NCBI GenBank assembly: GCA_964016885.1
Contig: OZ024746.1
Span: 50,654,001-50,718,000 of the forward strand
Direction of reading: 5' to 3'
Length of the DNA stretch: 64,000 nucleotides
From: Eledone cirrhosa
Taxonomy: Eukaryota
Made by a program: the position numbers and the translations under genes. The notes beneath the pieces are model-generated. The model was not told where the DNA came from. It searched no databases and saw only the letters and a program-made list of their open reading frames with translations. Within the stretch, counting starts at the first letter, position 1. Each line of letters begins with the position of its first letter. Positions 55,263 through 64,000 of the stretch are shown here, in pieces.

Positions 55263-56062
55263 TTCAAGAGTAACCAATCTTAAAGAGAGAGATGGAGATA
55301 GGAGAGGATATATGAGGAGAGATTGGTGAATTAGTTAGAAGCCAAAGCGTAAGGGCATGTGCTCAATGTGCAATATGCAGTAGAAAGCAGCTAGGTGGCT
55401 GGGTTCATGCAGCAGTTAGGTGCGCAGAGCTGGAAATATTCATTAGTTAAGCAAAACAAGACCACAAATTTCACAAGGAAGACATTATTAAAAGATTGTC
55501 AACATATTTTAGTTTGATGTAAGGAATGTAGAGAATAATAATAATAATATTAATAATAATAATGTTCCTTTACAATTGTTCCGCTACTCCATATAATATT
55601 TCTGGATCAGATGACTATATATCATAATTGATCTGGTTCAGTTGAAAATAATTAACATATTTAAAAGACAGAGCGGCTCATCGGAACTTCAAAGGAATAT
55701 AAATTAAAATAATGAGATAATGTTACATAATATAATGTTCCATATATTGGTTTTTACTATGGTGTCTTGGTTGCATCAGTTGTCAGCCATAATCAAGCAG
55801 TATTCATCTGTCGCGGCTGCATTGTGTGAGATATGCCTATGGGTAACAAGATGGCCGCCAAAGGGCATATTTACGTTACTAATTAGAGGGTGGTTTCAGG
55901 AGAATTAACTTCTCGAGAGATTAGAAATTGTGGGTGTTTATAGTTAAGTGGTAATTTAAAATTTTTTTAATTGAGAGACAATGTAGGGGAGGTAACTTAT
56001 AATTATCGAGTTGTTCATAGCAATTTAACTTATTAGCTACAAGTAAAAATGGGGCTACATGA

Positions 56063-58325
56063 CTAAGTTGGGTCAAAAATTCTATTGGCGAAGGAATTAG
56101 CCCTTCGATGTTGACAGCTAATAGTTACCTGCGTTCTATCGTTAATCGGTAGAGGTCCTGATAGAGTTATGTAATATGCTTCCGTAATACAGAGATCACA
56201 AGATTTTCTTCGTCCATTGAACGGTTGGGCCCTAGCCACGATATCCCATTTTAGTGAGTGTTGAACGTTGTTTAATTTAAGGTTTTTAATTAGCCTAGCT
56301 AGCGATGTCGAACATCTGTTGCTAGGGTCTCGGAAAGAAAAAGAGTGCGCGTTATAGCGTACCTTAAAAGGGTTAGAGGTAGACCCGATATAAGAGCTGG
56401 TATTCGAAGCAGTCTTAACCGTGCACCTATAGACTATGTTGGGTGTCAGGCAGTGTCCATTTAATGGGCATGCATTGGGGTAACAGCAGTTGCAGTTGCT
56501 TCTGCGGTTAGTGAGAGTAGGGTTGTTTAACCTAAGCGGTAGGTCTGTGCTAGAAGGATTAGATGGGGGAGGTGTGCTACTAGAGTAATTATTGGTGTAG
56601 TGGCGTGGTGTATTTGATAGGGGTGGTGGTACCGCGGTGTGGGAGTTATACTGTCTTAGCTTATGATGGTTACTGAACGCGATGTGGTTAGGTGTTGTGG
56701 AGAATGAGATTTTAATGTTATTTTTATTAAATAGTTTGTAATATCTATGGTTGGGGGGGGGGGGGGGAGTGTTTAGTTAGGATAGAGAAGAAGCGTTTGG
56801 GGATATTAGTGGCTAGATTAGATGAGAATGGGGGGTTAAGCCAGGTGATATTTCTAGGTCTATTCCTTCTAGGGGTTCTAGTGGAGTTGGTAGGGGCCTT
56901 CCTAGGGTTATTATTACCTGGGGATTTGTTATTTGTCATCCCATTTCTCATTCCTATTCTAGGGTTGATTTTTAGTTTGCTACTTGGAGTGGGGAGCAGG
57001 CCGCTGCCACCATTAAAGTTCCCTGTATAGGTGCTGTTACTGCTAAAATTCCGGCGAATCTGGCTATATGCTAAGGTATTTCTAGTTCTAGTGTTAAGTT
57101 TATTATGGTGAATTGCTGTGTTATGGCATTTAGGTATGTAATAAATTGATTGTTTATAACCAGATTCAGAGAGTGCCTTATTATAATATTGTGCGTGGTT
57201 TATAAATATCTCCTCATTTGCTGATAGCATTGAGATCCTATAGGAGATATATTTGATTACTGCTCTGATGACTGCCGGTGGGTGGTTAGAGTGTGGGCTA
57301 ATATATGTGAGTATTTCACCTGGTTTATGGTAACGGTTATATAGGTTATTGTTGAGATCCAGGGTGATGTCTAGGAAGTTTACTACTTTATGGTTCGGCT
57401 CGATGGTGATAGAGAGACCGTTATTTTTGAAGAATCTATGTAATTGTTTCTTTAGCAAATCGATTCCCCGATTAGTGCAATTGTGGACTGCAAATAGGGC
57501 GTCGTCCCTGTAAATTCCGCCTTGCATGGGTTGGATTTCGGCTCTGATGTTACGTAATAGGTAAATCCCAACTAAATCGGTGATTTGCGCGGAGTCACTT
57601 GAGCCCATCGTAATGTCAAAGTTGTCTGTTCTATCTTTTCTAGTCCAGAGTGCTCCGTTGAATTCAATGATAGTCTGCCTAGCCATAAGTATGATGTTAA
57701 TCTCATTATTGGTTATGTCCGAGTTGGTGGTGTCTAGGGCTAATGCTTTGTTGAGCAGTTCCGGGGTTATTGACGCATAATAGCTGTCTATATCAAATTG
57801 GATGAACCTCATAGATTGCTTGGACCTTAGATCGGAGAACCATCTAATGACTTGGCCGGTGTTGGACCACAACTTGTAGGTGGTATGATCCCGTAGCCCA
57901 GGGATTATCCTATCAAGGTCAGATGTGGTTGGGCTTATGAGTCTAATAGATGGGTTCTCTATAAAGTTTGGCTTGTGATCCTTGAGAGATAACCTTGGGG
58001 TTGTTGATACATAAAGGTGGGTAAATCTATCCAGATGCAAGTCCTTAACCAAAGCCTGGGCTTTTCGGTTAAGTACGTTTACACTGGAGGGTGTAGCTTT
58101 TTTATAGTTTTTATTGAGTTCTTTAAGAAGGAAAGAGTTGTAAGATTCAGGAGTCATGGTGTATAGATTTTTTATTTTGTCAGATATAACATGTAAGTGG
58201 TACGCTTTCCATCTTATTCTTCGGATGAAGGAGTTGACACTCTGTATTAGGAGTTTGAGGTATGTCTTCCTGTCTGGGATAGGTATGGACTTAAGTGAGT
58301 TTCTGAGTTCCTGTTTGATCAACAT
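56063..58325 (-). pseudogene. PLE-4 RT + GIY-YIG ORF with intact start, one frameshift at the poly-G (~56750-56767) and internal deletions
   Basis: MLIKQELRNSLKSIPIP..RWKA, LKDHK, FIQFDIDSYY, GGIYRDD, NFLDITL, WLNPPF, then NCNCCYPNACPLNGHC, IVYRC..SYIG, CDLC to TAG at 56063. Confidence 0.93.
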
Positions 58326-58676
58326 GGTGACTTCTAACAGTAAATATCTCAACTACGGGAGCTCAAGTATACACAGTTCAAGAGTAACCAATCTTAAAGA
58401 GAGAGATGGAGATAGGAGAGGATATATGAGAGGAGAGATTGGTGAATTAGTTAGAAGCCAAAGCGTAAAGGCATGTGCTCAATGTGCAATATGCAGTAGA
58501 AAGCAGCTAGGTGGCTGGGTTCATGCAGCAGTTAGGTGCGCAGAGCTGGAAATATTCATTAGTTAAGCAAAACAAGACCACAAATTTCACAAGGAAGACA
58601 TTATTAAAAGATTGTCAACATATTTTAGTTTGATGTAAGGAATGTAGAGAATAATAATAATAATATTAATAATAAT

Positions 58677-58862
58677 TGTTTCTACTTTAGGCACAAGGCC
58701 AGCAATTACCCAGTGCATTACTGGTACTTTATTTTATCGACCCCGTAAGGATGAAAGGCAAAGTCAACCTCGGCGGGATTTGAACTCAGATCGTAAAGGG
58801 ACGTAACTATGCTGGAAAGCATGGCGTCCGACCCTCTACCGATACTGCCAATCCACCGCCTT
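58677..58862 (-). mobile_element. Young SINE family A inserted in one PLE-4 terminal repeat
   Basis: 19-bp TSD taataatattaataataat (58658-58676, 58863-58881), empty site at ~55535-55565. Confidence 0.95.
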
Positions 58863-58888
58863 TAATAATATTAATAATAATAATGTCC

Positions 58889-59008
58889 GTTTACAATTGT
58901 TTCGCTACTCCATATAATATTTCTGGATCAGATGACTATATATCATAATTGATCTGGTTCAGTTGAAAATAATTAACATATTTAAAAGACAGAGCGGCTC
59001 ATCGGAAC
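58889..59008 (-). ncRNA. Hammerhead in PLE-4 terminal repeat, CCGAUGA core, ~95 nt stem II (second copy ~55570-55688)
   Basis: gtt-CCGATGA-gccgctc...gagtagc-GAAAC-AATT-GTA-aac. Confidence 0.65.
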
Positions 59009-59099
59009 TTCAAAGGAATATAAATTAAAATAATGAGATAATGTTACATAATATAATGTTCCATATATTGGTTTTTACTATGGTGTCTTGGTTGCTTTT

Positions 59100-59366
59100 A
59101 CATACATGCACACATATATACATGTACGTATGGATTCACCGAACATTTATTATAATGCTCGGTGTGTTTGTAAACAAACATCCCGAATTAAGCCGTACAG
59201 TGTCTAGCAACCATCGTAAATTGCGTAATAGATGTATACCAACTTAAGGAAGGTAAACTTAAGGACGGAAACAAGCAAAGAAACAGCAGAGAAGAAAAAA
59301 TGTGTTTATAATTTTGTTTTTGACTCAGAGGCAAACGAGGCAGCATGTTCTTATTATGTATCTGAG

Positions 59367-59442
<76 letters not shown>

Positions 59443-60141
59443 TATACATATATATATATAAGTATGTATACGTACATACATATATGTATACAGACGTGGG
59501 TTAATCGGCCGGGTGCACCAAAAACGACAAACGGAAAAAATGAAACGAAATTTCATTTCTCACTCTTAGTACGGCTGTTACTTAAATATAAGTATGTATA
59601 CGTACATACATATATGTATACAGACGTACAGTAGTATGTATATATATATACATACATGCACACATATATACATGTACGTATGGATTCACCGAACAGTTAT
59701 TATAATACTCGGTGTGTTTTCGGTACCCCGGCCGATTAACTCACTCGATATGCAAATTAGGCTGCTTAGCCGTTAATATGCATAAGGAAAGTATATACTT
59801 TCAGACGTTCAACCATGTGCCAGGAAGTTATACGTTGCTGACGATAGCTGGTGGGCTTGAGGCTGGTACAGCGTTCTTTTGTCAGTGTTGAACAAATGAG
59901 CAACGATGGTTGCTAGACACTGTACGGCTTAATTCGGGATGTTTGTTTACAAACACACCGAGCATTATAATAAATGTTCGGTGAATCCATACGTACATGT
60001 ATATATGTGTGCATGTATGTATATATATATACATACTACTGTACGTCTGTATGCATATATGTATGTACGTATACATACTTATATTTAAGTAACAGCCGTA
60101 CTAACAGTGAGAAATGAAATTTCGTTTCATTTTTTCCGTTC
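59100..60141. repeat. Direct and inverted copies of another TA-bounded repeat
   Basis: 59101-59216 and 59530-59720 pair with 59904-60141. Confidence 0.85.
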
Positions 60142-60196
60142 ATATATATATATATATATATATACATATATATACACACACACACATATATATATG

Positions 60197-60244
<48 letters not shown>

Positions 60245-60749
60245 TGCATGCAGAAATATATACATACATAAGCATGTGTGCGGGTGTATGTATGTATATA
60301 TATATATGCATGTATATGCGCGTGCATGTGTGCGATTGTGTTTGTAATTGTGTTTATGACCCATAACTTAGCGGTTCGACAAAAAGAGATCGACAAATAA
60401 GTACCCCACTTGAAAACAAAATCATACTGGAGTCGATATGATCGACTAAATCCATTGAAGGTTGTGCTCCATCATGGCCGCCATCTAATGACTGAGACTA
60501 GTAAAAGAATAGAACAATCTACTAATTAAATTATTAATTATAATTAACTATTTTTGCTAATATTTTTGTTACTAATACGTTAAACAACTTAAAAGGTAGT
60601 CTTATATGCCACCAAATACGATAATTAAAACTGATATTCCAGGAGAAAAATGGTGACGAGAGGGTTAAAAGTAACGGATGATAATGGAGAAAGGGGTTGG
60701 GATATTAAGAAAAAAATAAAACAAAACAAAAACTAATGAATATGATTGG

Positions 60750-61170
60750 TTTTGATTTAAGCACAAGGCCAGAAATTTTAAGGGAGGGAATAGTCGATGA
60801 AATCGACCACAGTGCATTACTTGTGCTTTATCTTATCGACCCCGTAAGGATGAAAGGCAAAGCTAACTACAGGAGGATGTGAATTCTGAGCGCAAAGGGC
60901 CATAACTCTATGCCACAAAGTCTGACGTTCTACCGAATGAATATAATGCAACAGTAAGCGTCTTAAGCACGATTTTCTCTCTGCTAAGGAAGGGGTTTAG
61001 CTCCCAGGCCCCATGAAAGGCTTCATGGTCATTTTGGTCTTATTTTTGAAATAATTTCTACTTTTGGCTCAAGGCCAGCAGTTATCATAATGCACTACTG
61101 GTACTTTATTTTATCTACCCCATGAGGATGAAAGGCAAAGTTAACCTCTGCAAGGTTTGAACTCAGATCG
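60750..61170 (-). mobile_element. Two diverged SINE family A copies
   Basis: Consensus body fragments at 60750-60935 and 61050-61170. Confidence 0.8.
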
Positions 61171-61216
61171 TAATAGTAATAATAATAATAATAATAATAC
61201 TGTTACTGCTGCTGCA

Positions 61217-61271
<55 letters not shown>

Positions 61272-61439
61272 TTTATTTTTGAAATAATGTTTTATGGTCG
61301 GATGCCCTTCCTGGTGCCAACCCTTGTAATCACCTCTTATGACAGGCAGGTGTAGTAAACTGGATACAACACAGCATCATTACACATAAGTATAATAGTG
61401 CCTGGATTAGGAAGTGTTATTATACATGGCTATAATTAG

Positions 61440-62025
61440 CTCTTAGTTCTTAGTCCGGCTTGTTCTCTCGGGAACATAAGTCAACCAATCGCCTCCAATG
61501 ATGTCAGTCGGCGGCAACTCGTTGACATCCGTGCCAGGTGATGTTGATAGTTTGTGGTCGACCTCGTCCAGCTTTTGTTGGTTCACCTTAACTGCAGCCA
61601 CCTGGTCGGGGTAATTTCCTGCCTTTATAACCTTGATCTATTGGGTGTTAACTCGTAACCTGATCTTCTCGGCGTTCAGCTGCAGGGAGATTATTAGCTT
61701 CTGCAAATTCGTACTGTCCTCAGCTAGTAAGGCGATGTCGTCGGCAAAATCCAAATCTTTCAGCCTTGATTTCCCTGCCCTCAAGACCCCCACTGATCGG
61801 CTCCGTGAGCAGTCTTTTTCAATACGAAATCAGTTGCCAACAGGAACAACAGGGAAGAGAGGATGCAACCTTGTCTGACCCCGGAGATGATGTCGAAGAA
61901 CTCCGCTGTACTGGATTCGGTTCTCACGCAACAGTTCGGGTTGGCGAACATGCCTTTGAAGATGGTGATGCAACTCCGTGGAATACCATACAAGCGCTCA
62001 ATGTTCCACAGAGACACCCTGAATG
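61440..62025 (-). mobile_element. Decayed RTE-clade LINE fragment with internal deletion
   Basis: YGIP, GVRQGCILS, LDFADDIALL, RGRP, WRRLVDLC. Confidence 0.85.
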
Positions 62026-62744
62026 AGCACAATAATGGTTTCTAATTTAAATACTACGTCAGCAGTACTTAACTGGTTCTTTATTTTATGGAACTTAGAA
62101 AGATGTGTAGTGACCTAAATTCTGAGGGCTCTTGAATACATTCTCCGTACGTTGTTTGGCTCAGTTCAGCCAATCGCTATCAGCGTAGGAGAATGTATTT
62201 CAACTTCCGACGAAAGGGAAAAATGTTCGCTTCTCTTCGAAAATCTCTCTCTTTGAATCTCGGCACCGGAAGGTAAACATCTCTTGATTTTTGTTCCTCA
62301 ACAAACATTCCAAAATGTAGCTATCGAACAATTACCGCGGCCGTGGCTTCTAACTTCAGCTATAGGTCTGCGTATTCTTTTACAGCATCTTAATTTGTTT
62401 TGTTTCATTTCTTATGACATGTCATCACTGCTAACTCAACTTCTCATGTTTTGTAAATAAATTATATATAAAAAAACGTCGTAATGCCTTATGATGATAT
62501 TTGCCACAATATTCCTTTGGACTGCTTCTTCGGTGACTTCTCTGATACAATACACAAACAAATATTAACACAACATATACAGTATATCATCTATTAACTC
62601 TCAACTAAACAACTTCTTCTAAAGATGAAAGGCAAAATTGACGTCGGTGAGATTTGAACTCAGAACATACAGAGCCAGAACAAATATCGAGAAACGTTTT
62701 AAAATGACGCTCAAGCGACTTTACTATCCATCTATCTATCCATA

Positions 62745-62790
<46 letters not shown>

Positions 62791-64000
62791 CTGGAACGAG
62801 GTGACGGCCAAGGTGTTTGCACTCACCCAGAAGTGGGCCGAGTGCAAACTATCCTTGAAAGGTCGAGCGGAGGTGGCGAACACTTTTATAGCGTCCGCCA
62901 TCTACTACCGCTTGACCGTTGTGCCTTGTCCAGCCAAAACGCTCACCAAAATGGAGCGCGCTCTCTTCCAATTCCTTTGGAAGAGGCGGGCTCCTTTGGT
63001 GAGAAGATCCATCTGCTGCCAACGCCCTTCCAATGGAGGGCTGGGGGTGCCGTGGCTGACGATGCGCAAACACGCGTTCAGGCTGCGGCATCTCTACGTA
63101 TTCCTCACCAGACAACCGGTGTGGGCGCCGTTCGTGAGGTGAGCCTTCCCACGACTCGTCTCGCTGACCGAGCTGCAGTCCTGGGTCAAGCAAAGACCGA
63201 GGAAAATGGGCGACTGGCACATCGAATGTGCTCAGGCGCTCACAGCCCTCTGGCAGGCGGACCCGGCGATCAGTGGAGACTCCACTTCGTCATTCTATAG
63301 AGGGTTGATCCGCAGCAAGTGCGACGACGTGCTCGGTGAAACTCTAGGCGTAGAGGAAGACGAACTGGCCAGTCTGTTCGGTAGGACCTTCCGCCAGGGA
63401 CCGATGGACAACTTCCAAAAGTCCCTGGCCTGGCAGTGCTACTGAGGAGCTCTACTAGTTCGAGACAAGCTCTACAGACATGGGCGCCCGGGCAGGGATC
63501 CTGCAAAATCGATCTGTCCGAGGTGCGTGCGAGACGAAGAAACCGTCGCGCACGCATTCATACACTGCCCGGGCGTTACCGACCTGTGGGGATATGTAGA
63601 ACGACTATTGTCGCGGGTGGGACCAATCCGGTTGACCACCGAGTCCATTGTCATGATCAAACCGCCACCCTCCTTCAAAAACGAAGGAGAGGAGGTTTTC
63701 CTTTGTGTGATAGCTATGGCGAAAGAGGTTGTATGGTGGACAAGGTTGAAAGGGCTGAGGTCAGACATCTTTCTCTCCGGCCAACAACTGATTCTTTTTT
63801 TCAAATGCCACTTTGGAAGAAGAATCAGGATGGAGAGAGAGGTGCTGTACCCCAGCAAGTTTTATGAAAGGTGGGTGAAAGTGGTGAGAATGGCCCGAGT
63901 GAATGGGCCTTCTCTCTATATCAGCCTGTAGGTTGAGGAAAAGGAGGGGGGAGAGGAAAGGAGTACAAACTCTTCGTACTCCTGGAGATGAGGGTTGCAC
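62791..64000 (+). mobile_element. 5'-truncated Tx1/L1-clade LINE (ORF2 C-terminus to 63931), joined to a (TATC)n run
   Basis: LSLKGRAEVANTFIAS, FLW, GGLGVP, CPRC..EETVAHAFIHC zinc knuckle. Two in-frame TGA at likely CGA positions. Confidence 0.9.

Larger units (their letters stand above)
55254..59095 (-). mobile_element. PLE-4: Penelope-like element with direct terminal repeats (58368-59095 and 55254-55775), ending in (TA)n
   Basis: Near-identical ~520 bp repeats flank the ORF, the classic PLE partial-tandem structure. Confidence 0.95.

Noticed and set aside
63140-63445. Two in-frame TGA codons in the Tx1-like ORF as programmed readthrough
   Set aside because: Both are best explained by CpG deamination of CGA

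Overview
AT-rich, microsatellite-saturated animal DNA. The tRNA-derived SINE families resemble those I recall from octopod cephalopods (inference, not a database result). No complete host gene is visible, only a few candidate small exons in 2-15 kb. Positions 1-24 kb hold SINE clusters, MITEs (Tc1/mariner, hAT, piggyBac type), minisatellites and low-complexity tracts. Positions 25-60 kb are a nested mosaic of Penelope-like elements (PLEs) and their terminal repeats, nearly all bounded by (TA)n. Three divergent RT+GIY-YIG PLEs share a CxCx5C linker (Hydra-clade-like) and one GC-rich PLE is Neptune-like. RTE, R4-like and Tx1-like LINE remnants are also present. The main result is about a dozen hand-folded type I hammerhead ribozyme (HHR) motifs from many unrelated repeat families. 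Several have 90-120 nt stem II arms, and some families have fixed non-canonical cores (UUGAAAA/GCAA, CCGAUGA). Fold-back inverted duplications are also unusually dense, some centred exactly on (TA)n runs. All folds were read by eye and no ribozyme activity is demonstrated. Most ORFs in the supplied track are microsatellite artefacts.
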